Below are positions 39,655 through 47,981 of a stretch of 64,000 nt of DNA, one piece after another. The translations under genes and the position numbers were made by a program. The notes beneath the pieces were generated by a model. The model saw only the letters and a list, made by a program, of their open reading frames with translations, was not told the DNA's origin and did not search any database. The DNA is from a virus. The stretch covers positions 37,170 to 101,169 of IMG/VR virus record IMGVR_UViG_3300048597_000118; one strand, given 5' to 3'. Numbering within the stretch: position 1 is the first letter of the stretch; each line of letters starts with the position of its first letter.

Positions 39655-40161
39655 GTGAAATCCTTAACCTTCCGAAAAAGACTAAAAGACGGGCGCCATG
39701 CCCGGTTACGCATATCCCACTATTACCGCAACACCGGCGAGTTCGCCGCCGTTTCCCTGGTAGCTCACCACCATAGACGCTTTGCTAATGACTGGCTTCG
39801 TAAGCCTAATCGTTCTTGGCGCAGTAAGACTATTGATGACACGAATACAGGGCAGGGGATGGAAGTAATGGTTTGGGCGGCGCAATGCGTATCTCAAAGC
39901 ATCCCTACTTTACTCCGCGCCGGCTATAGTTACTTATTAATAGAAGCCACCAACCAACGACGGCTAGAACTGTACAAAGCTATATTGGAGCGCCGCTATG
40001 GAGTAATAACAGAACCACATGAGTATGAGGATAGATTAATGCTTCAAGTGGATTTGCGGCGGTGTATGATTGAAAGCTTCTTACAGAAAATGCAGATGCA
40101 AGAACGTATGCCTAGTGAATATTCGAAGATACTTGATGACAACTTTTGGGACTTAACATGA
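39655..40161 (+). CDS. Hypothetical protein (possible GNAT-like fold)
   Basis: 168 aa; TGQGME...LLIEATNQRRLELY. Confidence 0.5.
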   Translation: MKSLTFRKRLKDGRHARLRISHYYRNTGEFAAVSLVAHHHRRFANDWLRKPNRSWRSKTIDDTNTGQGMEVMVWAAQCVSQSIPTLLRAGYSYLLIEATNQRRLELYKAILERRYGVITEPHEYEDRLMLQVDLRRCMIESFLQKMQMQERMPSEYSKILDDNFWDLT

Positions 40162-40358
40162 CTAAACATTACCAAGACTCACCAGTAAATGAATTAGAGG
40201 ATATTGAAAACGAATTAGAGGATATTGAAAACGAATTAGACCCAAGTATACAGATAGATAACTCCCTGTTATCAACACATATAACGGTTAAATCTACATT
40301 CAAACTGGTTGGCTATTACATACCCCGTCCTTCAGAAGTAGAGACCTTAAGTGAATAA
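40158..40358 (+). CDS. Small acidic hypothetical protein with tandem repeat
   Basis: ATG at 40158 overlaps the upstream TGA; NELEDIE repeat. Confidence 0.45.
   Translation: MTKHYQDSPVNELEDIENELEDIENELDPSIQIDNSLLSTHITVKSTFKLVGYYIPRPSEVETLSE
40188..40240 (+). repeat. 21-bp tandem repeat (about 2.5 copies)
   Basis: GAATTAGAGGATATTGAAAAC x2 plus GAATTAGA. Confidence 0.9.
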
Positions 40359-40387
40359 GACCACTTACTTCGTTTAAGTGGTCTTAT
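40355..40387. terminator. Bidirectional terminator between convergent genes
   Basis: Perfect ATAAGACCACTT / AAGTGGTCTTAT inverted repeat. Confidence 0.7.
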
Positions 40388-40430
40388 ATGGCTTGGGCTT
40401 CCTCATCCACTATTATTTTAGACCACAGGG

Positions 40431-40637
40431 TTAAGCCCGCCCTAAAAACTTCATCACGGCTAAAACCACTGACTCAAATCGGTTGGGCACAGGAATGGTA
40501 AAGGCTGGACCTCCAATAAGTCGCCCATTAGCTTTAATACACCGAAGCCTTCTCTCTGCATCCTCTAAAGACTCAGCTTCTATGATGTGACTATAAGTTT
40601 CACCGTCCATGTTGAAATCTACTAAATACTTGTCCAT
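40431..40637 (-). CDS. Small hypothetical phage protein
   Basis: Y...F..DG..YS..IEAES.EDAE.RL pattern common in small phage proteins. Confidence 0.65.
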   Translation of the reverse strand: MDKYLVDFNMDGETYSHIIEAESLEDAERRLRCIKANGRLIGGPAFTIPVPNRFESVVLAVMKFLGRA

Positions 40638-40641
40638 GCGT

Positions 40642-41394
40642 TTAAAGGTGAATTTCGTTCACACTATAGCCTAATGGGATAGCTGTAAAGCTCTGCACTT
40701 TGCCATATCCAGTCATGTCCGTTGTTCTTCCCATATTAATAGAAGGGAACCTGTCTCGAATCCAAGGTTCCACCCACTTACAAGTCGCCACATAAGCATT
40801 AAACTCAGCCATTGTACAAAGTTTACATGGATGGTCTTTGTTATCGTCTGTCCAACGATAAATTTTGTGGGTATCTCCTAGACTACGTTTCCAAGCATTT
40901 ACCAAGCGGTCTTTGTGACGCGATAAGATTTCTAAGTCTTCTTTAATCAAAGGCAACTCTGCTCCATCACCGTGCCCCGGCGCGTGTACCGACTCGCCAC
41001 CAACAAACTTATACTCAGTTACTACTAAGCCTGTGACTTGATGATGTTCCTGAATGCGGTGTAAGGTACGACCATGTTTATCCTTAATGTCGCGGATTAA
41101 GTCAAAACGCCCTAAGATTTTATCTCGGTCTTCTAAAGTAGGGTACTTAAATCCATTAAAGTCTAACTCTAATTTGATCTTGTCAAATTCTATCTTCGGA
41201 GTTTCTAATCCAAACGCTTCGTTCATAGCTGTCTTTAACCCTAGACGGGCGAAGATAGACATTAAATCTAATAATTGACACCATTCATCGTAATAAAGGG
41301 AGTCTACCTTCTCGTGGGCTGCTATCAGCCGCTTTTTCATATTTAATTGATGCTCAGATTGCTCTACGTAAAAGCTTATATCAATATCCATCAC
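40642..41394 (-). CDS. Hypothetical protein
   Basis: 250-aa ORF; TATAAT upstream on the minus strand. Confidence 0.6.
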   Translation of the reverse strand: MMDIDISFYVEQSEHQLNMKKRLIAAHEKVDSLYYDEWCQLLDLMSIFARLGLKTAMNEAFGLETPKIEFDKIKLELDFNGFKYPTLEDRDKILGRFDLIRDIKDKHGRTLHRIQEHHQVTGLVVTEYKFVGGESVHAPGHGDGAELPLIKEDLEILSRHKDRLVNAWKRSLGDTHKIYRWTDDNKDHPCKLCTMAEFNAYVATCKWVEPWIRDRFPSINMGRTTDMTGYGKVQSFTAIPLGYSVNEIHL

Positions 41395-41454
41395 TTTTGG
41401 GAAGGCATTACTGCCTCTATTATACTAAGCATAGATTCCTTAACTTAACTACTC

Positions 41455-41604
41455 ATGCTATTCATACTCGGATATCTTACCCTTGGCATCTGCGCCCTCC
41501 TCTACATGGACTACCAAAACAGAGTAGTTCACGACATAGGCATAGTCGAATCAATCACAGAGAAAACCGCTGTAACCAGTAACCTAGAGCCAACCTTCGG
41601 CTAG
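41455..41604 (+). CDS. Small membrane protein (49 aa)
   Basis: MLFILGYLTLGICALLYMDYQNRVV...; N-terminal hydrophobic helix. Confidence 0.45.
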   Translation: MLFILGYLTLGICALLYMDYQNRVVHDIGIVESITEKTAVTSNLEPTFG

Positions 41605-42024
41605 CGCCCATTATCCTTACCTTTGTTTCCCCCATTGTCTTATTGCTTACCTTAGACGAGGCACAGAGTTTAGGAAGGAGACTACTAGATAAAGCTGAAG
41701 AGTATAGGAATAAAGGGGACTAACAACGGCTGTAATCATTAATAAGGCAATAGCTGGGAATTTAAGTCGTAATAATACTAGTCGCTGTAGAGTGACGGAA
41801 CAGGCGGGAAATGGTATATAGCCGGAAATTCAATTCGCATATGGGTGCAAAAATATACGCGCCAGAAAATGGAATGGTATATGTCTAGTGTGCCTAAGCC
41901 CCCTACGCCTGAGTGAGAAATTCCTGGCACTAGGGTCACTTAAGCCCGTTACCTTAACCTCCCTTGCTTATGGCTTGGGAGGTTATTTCATGACCTTCCT
42001 AACCGGTTCGACCGGTGTTTAATT

Positions 42025-42177
42025 ATGAAAATCTTACTAAAAGGTTGCTTAGCTTTCATACTTCTCTCCGGCTTGACCGGAGGGGCTGAATCCGCCCTAG
42101 TGGCAGCGAAAAATGTGCCTCGTAGGAGGCACTGCCACTGCTGCCATGGCAGTGGCGGGGGTAATAAGCCCCCGTGA
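42025..42177 (+). CDS. Small secreted Cys/His-rich peptide (50 aa)
   Basis: MKILLKGCLAFILLSGLTGGAESA-LVAAKNVPRRRHCHCCHGSGGGNKPP; first gene after the first promoter cassette. Confidence 0.55.
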   Translation: MKILLKGCLAFILLSGLTGGAESALVAAKNVPRRRHCHCCHGSGGGNKPP

Positions 42178-42267
42178 ATAACTAATCTTTAACCCCCTAT
42201 ATGCCCCCATATAGGGGGGTTATTTCATGATCAACTTTACCGCTAGGACCACTAGCAGGAGATCATT

Positions 42268-42690
42268 ATGTCCGTAGTTAAGCAAGCTGTAAGTATCCTG
42301 CTCCTAGCAGGCTCCCGTGTGGGAGAGGGTGAGAGGGTGACAGCTAGGCTGTTTATCCACTACCTGGGTGGTAGTGGAGATGCAGTGACCCTGCATAACG
42401 ATGCTCTTACTGAGCACTGTACCTCTGCCCCCAGGACATGGGACAAAGGGTACAAGTGGGGTGTTATAGCGCCCGGAGCCTACGTTAATGCTGTAGGAGG
42501 TTATACATGTTATCCAGATGGTACTGGATATGACTTGTATGACTTCGAATCTTGGGAGTTAGACCCTAAGATATGCAGCAGGCTATATAAGGTTAATACC
42601 TTGTATAAGCTAAGAATGCTGCCCCCTAACCTGGGGCGGTGCATAACCAGCACTGGTGTAGGTAAGCCCTACACCATCCAAATCAAGTAA
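42268..42690 (+). CDS. Hypothetical early protein
   Basis: AGGAG RBS; inside a promoter/terminator cassette. Confidence 0.7.
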   Translation: MSVVKQAVSILLLAGSRVGEGERVTARLFIHYLGGSGDAVTLHNDALTEHCTSAPRTWDKGYKWGVIAPGAYVNAVGGYTCYPDGTGYDLYDFESWELDPKICSRLYKVNTLYKLRMLPPNLGRCITSTGVGKPYTIQIK

Positions 42691-42776
42691 AACGTAACCC
42701 CCTCTATATGCCCCCTTGGTGTATAGAGGGGGTTATTTCATGTAAACTATAGCCGGTACTACCGGCAGGAGGCTAT

Positions 42777-43346
42777 ATAGCCAAACGGAGGAAACAGAAA
42801 TTCGATGATGATCCGTCTGGGTATTACCAGACTATGGATTATACAGAAACTTTCTGTGTGCCTATGGCTATAGGCAGTCACGCATCCCCTTTTGGGGAGA
42901 TAGTAATCGGCAAAGATTACTGTCCTGGACACGACATACCTGAAAGGTATGATGTGTCTAGTTTTGTCGTGCTGCTTTCGGGGGTATGGTTCCAGACCCA
43001 GGAACATTCTGACTGGGTTTGGGACTTGTATTGCCGCAAATATTTCTACTCTGGTGAAGACCAAGTAGATTTTGTGGTAATGCAGGATGGGCAGGTTTTA
43101 ATTCTCGTTAATGGGAGTTATGACTATGCTCACTTGCCCCCTGCTAAAGGATTCTCTATTATCCGTAAACTAAAACGGATATTTAAAGAGTTCTTAGGCA
43201 GTAAGCCAACCCATCTACAGCTTTATGCTGTGCCTTATGGCAATGATGGGCTCGAAGACTACAGAGTTAAAGTATTTAGCTCTGTGGGCTTTAACTCCTC
43301 TTCTGAAGATAAACAGAAGATGGTCTTCGAGGGTACTGACTGCTAG
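42777..43346 (+). CDS. Hypothetical early protein (ATA in frame after AGGAGG; first ATG at 42834)
   Basis: Open frame from ATA 42777, 4 nt after AGGAGG; cassette context. Confidence 0.6.
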   Translation: MAKRRKQKFDDDPSGYYQTMDYTETFCVPMAIGSHASPFGEIVIGKDYCPGHDIPERYDVSSFVVLLSGVWFQTQEHSDWVWDLYCRKYFYSGEDQVDFVVMQDGQVLILVNGSYDYAHLPPAKGFSIIRKLKRIFKEFLGSKPTHLQLYAVPYGNDGLEDYRVKVFSSVGFNSSSEDKQKMVFEGTDC

Positions 43347-43558
43347 GAAAGACTAGCGGTGCGTCTTTATCCGCACGCGGAAGCATAGATAAAGCTCTGA
43401 AATAACCCGCCCCACCGCTTCATGGTGGGTTATTTCATGGGTGTAACAACCGGTATGTAAAGCTAGCAGGCGCGCATATCTCTTTAGTAATCCACGCTCC
43501 CTAACAAGGTCTAGTCAACCGAGGTAAAGGAGAAGTCTGCTCCAAGGAGGTGATTTAC

Positions 43559-44149
43559 ATGACCTTCAAGTGCTTTTTAAGGACCGCAAGGGACCTTGAT
43601 TCCAGCTTGTTCATTAGTGATGGGCTGAAACTCAAGTATACCTTGGGTCCTGATAAAGGACGCCCCGCTGAAGAAAAAGCTCTACTACTAGTAGAAACTT
43701 TCTTCGACGGTGTAGAACAGGCTTTTCTCGCAAGGAAAGGCTATGTACTTGACGTCAGCTTCAAAGTTGACCTAGTTGTCAAGTTCTATGAGCAAAAAGT
43801 GAAGGATGAAGAGGGTAAAACCATCAAAGTCCTAAACAAAAGAGCTCTAGGCTTACAAGTCAAGTCTTCTGCGTTCGGGGCGCTAAAGCACGAAGACCTG
43901 CGGTTCTCAAGAGATTGGGAATTCGGGTTTCCAGAATGCTTAACTTTGGCTATGGGTACCAATATGGTTTCCCAATTAGTCAGGTTATTGCGGAGGAAGC
44001 CGAATAAGCGGTTCTTCGATGCTTTGGAACTAGCCCGTAACTTGGGTGGAGAAACTTGGCCAGAAGGCATACCGGGTATGAAAGACCTGGTTGTGCTGGG
44101 ATTGGCTAAGCCTACCAAACAAGGCTACGTGGTGCGTCCCACCCGTTAA
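43559..44149 (+). CDS. PD-(D/E)xK-type nuclease-like protein
   Basis: E..A...DVSFKVDLVV...LGLQVKSS motif; AAGGAGG RBS before ATG 43559. Confidence 0.6.
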   Translation: MTFKCFLRTARDLDSSLFISDGLKLKYTLGPDKGRPAEEKALLLVETFFDGVEQAFLARKGYVLDVSFKVDLVVKFYEQKVKDEEGKTIKVLNKRALGLQVKSSAFGALKHEDLRFSRDWEFGFPECLTLAMGTNMVSQLVRLLRRKPNKRFFDALELARNLGGETWPEGIPGMKDLVVLGLAKPTKQGYVVRPTR

Positions 44150-44281
44150 TGATATGACGAAATCATTAACAAATAAAAGCCCCCGTTTATGTAGATGAAT
44201 GAACGCTACAGACCCCCTCGCATAAGCTTGGGGGCTTTTTTCTCCGTGAAATTACCGGCGGTACAACCGCCAGGAGACAAC

Positions 44282-44572
44282 ATGGAAGGTTGTGTTAAGT
44301 ATTTAGTCTCTGCTTCTAAAAGCGTAAACCTAGAACTAGAGGGTGAAATTCCCCTAGATTTAGGGTATCGCTGGGAAGTGGGCGTGACAGATTGGGAAGT
44401 TCTATCTGAGTTAACCGGAGAGCCGGTTAAAGTTCTCCAAAACATCTTGTCAGAGATGACTGGAGACGATCAAGAGGCCGCATACGCCTGGTTAGACGCC
44501 GGGCAGACCTTTGACTGGTTATTAGGGGGTGATGTCCCCTACTTCGTGGAAAAAGAGCTGTATAAGCTCTAA
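44282..44572 (+). CDS. Small acidic early protein
   Basis: AGGAG RBS then ATG 44282; the track's longer start runs through the terminator/promoter. Confidence 0.65.
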   Translation: MEGCVKYLVSASKSVNLELEGEIPLDLGYRWEVGVTDWEVLSELTGEPVKVLQNILSEMTGDDQEAAYAWLDAGQTFDWLLGGDVPYFVEKELYKL

Positions 44573-44659
44573 TCCACCCCAATTAAGTAAAACAAAAAGC
44601 CCCCAAATTAATGGGGGCTTTTTTCTTGTTCTATCTGACCGGTACGACCGGTGAAGATT

Positions 44660-44830
44660 ATGCAAGTCATCAGCATTCGTATTTCTAAGCTATCTATCAC
44701 CTTGGGCGTAACACCTGAGGTAGTCACTCAGTGGTTATACGCGGAGTTTATTCGAGTAGAAGAACCTGCCCTTCGGGGTGGGGATAAAGAAGACGAATTT
44801 CCCACTAGTGGGAAATCTTCCCGCTGGTAA
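44660..44830 (+). CDS. Small early protein (56 aa)
   Basis: MQVISIRISKLSITLGVTPEVVTQWL..., directly after the promoter hairpin. Confidence 0.5.
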   Translation: MQVISIRISKLSITLGVTPEVVTQWLYAEFIRVEEPALRGGDKEDEFPTSGKSSRW

Positions 44831-44943
44831 TTAACTAAATAACCCTCAACAAGAGGAGGCAAGCTAATCAAACCTGGATTGAAAGCCAGTAAGGAATAGC
44901 GCGCCCCCGAGTTGGGGGTTTTTTACCGATTAGAATACCGCAG

Positions 44944-45759
44944 TTAAAAATTAAGTTTGGCTTTGTCTCCATACACGATTATGGCGTAGGAGTCATACAC
45001 TCTTGCAGCTTCTTCAGGAGTAGGATAAGTACCTATAGGGCGTGAGACTCCATTGACGCTAATCTGTGCTCTCCAACCTGATTTATGCTTAACGACGCCT
45101 CTATAAGTAGTATTGACAGGCTCGTCATCTACACTAAGCAGATTAGTACGTATAAAATTGTTTATCTGCTGAGTAGATAACCGTGCGCTGTCTAATCGTT
45201 GAAATAATCGTAGTGCTTTATCTACTTCTGTTTCAGCATATAAAAGGTTATCTACTGAGGGTATTGGGACAGACCGTACCTCTGAGACAGCTAAACACTC
45301 TGGAGCTTGTTTAATCTTACTAAATACAGAGCGGACTCCTATAGAACTAAATAAGGCATCAAGCCTCTTGGCACGCTCACTTGTCTCTCTTGCATCGTAG
45401 GCGTAGTACTTAACTAAAGAAGAAACTACTACCTCAGGCAGCATATAATTCTGATGGGTTCGTGTAGTGGCGGCCGTCGTAAGTTGTGGTTGGTTCTTAT
45501 AATCAAAGCCAGCTATAGGTTTTAACGAATCAGGTAAATCTTCAGGCCGCCAGTCAGGTAACCGCCGCAGCAAACCTTTTGCTAGCCCGTTTGCTTGTTT
45601 GCGCCCATCTATAAGAGATGAATGGTGCATATTAAGTAGACGGCTGGCTCCGCGTATAGAGCAGAAATAGTTGTTATCTCTTACTTCTAGCTCTGCATTA
45701 AGAAGCTGTCCTAATTCCGCATAGGACACTTCTGGTGGACATGGTGTTATTTGTGCCAT
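44944..45759 (-). CDS. AP2-domain DNA-binding protein
   Basis: C-terminal YRGV...WRAQI...IGTYPTPEEAARVYD..A...YGDKAKLNF is a canonical AP2 domain. Confidence 0.85.
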   Translation of the reverse strand: MAQITPCPPEVSYAELGQLLNAELEVRDNNYFCSIRGASRLLNMHHSSLIDGRKQANGLAKGLLRRLPDWRPEDLPDSLKPIAGFDYKNQPQLTTAATTRTHQNYMLPEVVVSSLVKYYAYDARETSERAKRLDALFSSIGVRSVFSKIKQAPECLAVSEVRSVPIPSVDNLLYAETEVDKALRLFQRLDSARLSTQQINNFIRTNLLSVDDEPVNTTYRGVVKHKSGWRAQISVNGVSRPIGTYPTPEEAARVYDSYAIIVYGDKAKLNF

Positions 45760-45997
45760 GATAGACCTTAGATATACAACAAGCTAATTATAACGTTATA
45801 AGCAGCACCAGCGGGCACTCCTATGTATACAAGGAGTGTTCTTTTTATGGCTATTTGAGCCCTATTTTTATGACCAAGACAACCGCTAGGTACTGAGTGC
45901 AAGACGGCTGGTAAGTATATGGTGCGACTCCATACGCCTTTATCAAATGGACTGTCAAGGTTATAAACATCGTCCCAGTACGACTGGGCAAAACAGA

Positions 45998-46519
45998 ATG
46001 TCTTTCTTAAACGCGATTAAAGAAGCTCTTTCCACCAAAACCGTAAAAGTAGAGGAAAAGGAGACTGCTAAAACCCGGACCCAAAAGTTCGTAGGTGAGT
46101 TCAAGGAGGTGGCTCAAACCCATCCCGCTGAACTACTTGATGCAGCCCAAAAACTGCATGGTATTGAAGTTATTAAAGACAAAGCCACAGAGAAGGCTGC
46201 CCAAATTGCTGAAGCTCGCAAAGCTAAAGAACGTTTGGTGTTTGCGGTAGACTCTGTCATAGAACAAATCGGTGTGGTAGCCGAAGAAATTCTGTGTCTT
46301 GAGGACGCCATTCTGGCTGATCAAGAGGCTATTAAGGTAGCCGAAGACGCATCGAAAGATGTGTTAGACGCTATGTCCAAAATGGACCCTGCTACTGTGT
46401 TAGCTGCTGCCCGTGCAGAACGAGCTAAAAAAGCTAACAAAAAGCAAGAGCCTGTAGTAAAACAAACTACTACCACTAAAGGCAATGGGCAACCAGCGCC
46501 TAAAGTGAACGTCGTCTAA
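45998..46519 (+). CDS. Coiled-coil early protein, paralogue A
   Basis: MSFLNAIK start shared with 46963; Ala/Lys/Glu-rich helices. Confidence 0.75.
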   Translation: MSFLNAIKEALSTKTVKVEEKETAKTRTQKFVGEFKEVAQTHPAELLDAAQKLHGIEVIKDKATEKAAQIAEARKAKERLVFAVDSVIEQIGVVAEEILCLEDAILADQEAIKVAEDASKDVLDAMSKMDPATVLAAARAERAKKANKKQEPVVKQTTTTKGNGQPAPKVNVV

Positions 46520-46596
46520 ATAAACAAGGGGAGTTTCCACCAGGATTCTCCCCTGTTTTATTGACGTTTACAGCCGGTACAACCGGGGAGGTCAAG

Positions 46597-46893
46597 GTGA
46601 GTTTCTCCAACCACCAACAGCGGTTTATCCGCAAAGCTCGGGCTACTGTCAAGTATGCCCAGTCCTTGGGGTGCCCCTCAGCCCCTATTGGACATGTCGA
46701 CTTCAGTAATGGGTCGGCGGGCTATGCAGTATGTAATCAGGTGATTCATTCCCTAACATACTGTCAAAACTACTTGACACGGGAGTTGACCCGTAACCCA
46801 ACCCTGGAGCAAGCTCAGGAGGTGCGTAAGTGCCTGAATGCTATAGCAACAACTATCAGACTCGGGACTAAATCAGTTTTGAGTCGAGATTAA
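46597..46893 (+). CDS. Hypothetical early protein
   Basis: GGAGG then in-frame GTG 46597 after the promoter hairpin. Confidence 0.6.
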   Translation: MSFSNHQQRFIRKARATVKYAQSLGCPSAPIGHVDFSNGSAGYAVCNQVIHSLTYCQNYLTRELTRNPTLEQAQEVRKCLNAIATTIRLGTKSVLSRD

Positions 46894-46962
46894 GAATTCC
46901 CGGGAATATTACTTCCCGGGTTTTTTTCTTGATCTATTTCACCGGTACGACCGGCTAGAATC

Positions 46963-47424
46963 ATGTCTTTTCTAAATGCTATCAAGTCTGTTTTAACAAC
47001 CGAAGCCCCCAAGGCTGAGGTTCAAGACAATGCATTGACTCGTACCCAAACTTTCGTGAAAGAGTTTTCGGACGTGGCTGACCACCACAAACCCGAACTT
47101 TCTGTAGCGGCGCAAAAGTTACACGGTATTGAAGTAATAAAAGACCGTGCATCTGCTAAAGCAAAACAAATCTCTGAGGACCGTAAGGCCAAAGAGCGTC
47201 TCGTGTTTGCTTTAGATAGTGTTGTAAAACAAATTGGTGTGGTTGCCGAAGAAGTTTTAACCCTAGAGGATGCTATTTTGGCAGACCAAGAGGCTGCCGC
47301 TATTGCTAAGGACGCGTCGAAAGACGTATTAGATACGTTAGCTAAACTTGATGCAGCCACCGTGCTTAAAGCTGCTCGCGCAGAACGGGCTAAAAAGGCG
47401 GCTGAAGCCAAAAAAGTCGTATAG
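46963..47424 (+). CDS. Coiled-coil early protein, paralogue B
   Basis: Shares AAQKLHGIEVIKD, RKAKERLVFA, QIGVVAEE, LEDAILADQEA and AARAERAKKA with paralogue A. Confidence 0.8.
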   Translation: MSFLNAIKSVLTTEAPKAEVQDNALTRTQTFVKEFSDVADHHKPELSVAAQKLHGIEVIKDRASAKAKQISEDRKAKERLVFALDSVVKQIGVVAEEVLTLEDAILADQEAAAIAKDASKDVLDTLAKLDAATVLKAARAERAKKAAEAKKVV

Positions 47425-47678
47425 ACTTTAATTAAATAGAGGGGTGTAAGCCCCCTCTTTTTATGTGGGTGACAACCGCTACTTCCTATCTCTGAGACCC
47501 TATGGGCAGACTCGTGTATCGAGCCAGGGTTGGAAGTAGCGCATTACCCACACGACAGTATTCAATACTGTCAGCCCGCCACAGCCGGAGTCAGACAACC
47601 GCACCTCGATACCCTTACCCCTACCTGGGCATATTTTTAACACCCTAACAGCCGATAAGCTCGGCAGGAGTTAAATTT

Positions 47679-47981
47679 ATGTTATTTGAAATGACTGTAG
47701 GCGCACATCAGACATACGAGAGATTCCAGACTAATCCTGGTGTCCCAGTAGTTATGTTGGTATTGGCCGAAGGGAGAGAGGTAAAAGTGCTTCTCTCCCA
47801 CTCTGGGACTTGGATTCGTCCAGGTAGGGAGAAAACAGTAGATTACTATGTCTGCTGCCATCCAGAGCGATTGGAGCCACGACTAAGGGAAAAACACCCC
47901 TTCCCAGACCATATAGGTCCTGTCCGTGGACGGGTATACGCGAAAGATAAAAAACTTTGGTGGGAGGTGACTCCCGCATAG
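47679..47981 (+). CDS. Hypothetical early protein
   Basis: AGGAG RBS; cassette context. Confidence 0.65.
   Translation: MLFEMTVGAHQTYERFQTNPGVPVVMLVLAEGREVKVLLSHSGTWIRPGREKTVDYYVCCHPERLEPRLREKHPFPDHIGPVRGRVYAKDKKLWWEVTPA

Noticed and set aside
44195-46596. ORF-track starts at 44195, 45947 and 46561
   Set aside because: These extensions run through terminator/promoter cassettes; downstream starts at 44282, 45998 and 46597 fit RBS position or paralogue alignment
47490-47525. Hammerhead ribozyme (CTGAGA...stem)
   Set aside because: Core CUGANGA and GAAA are not both present
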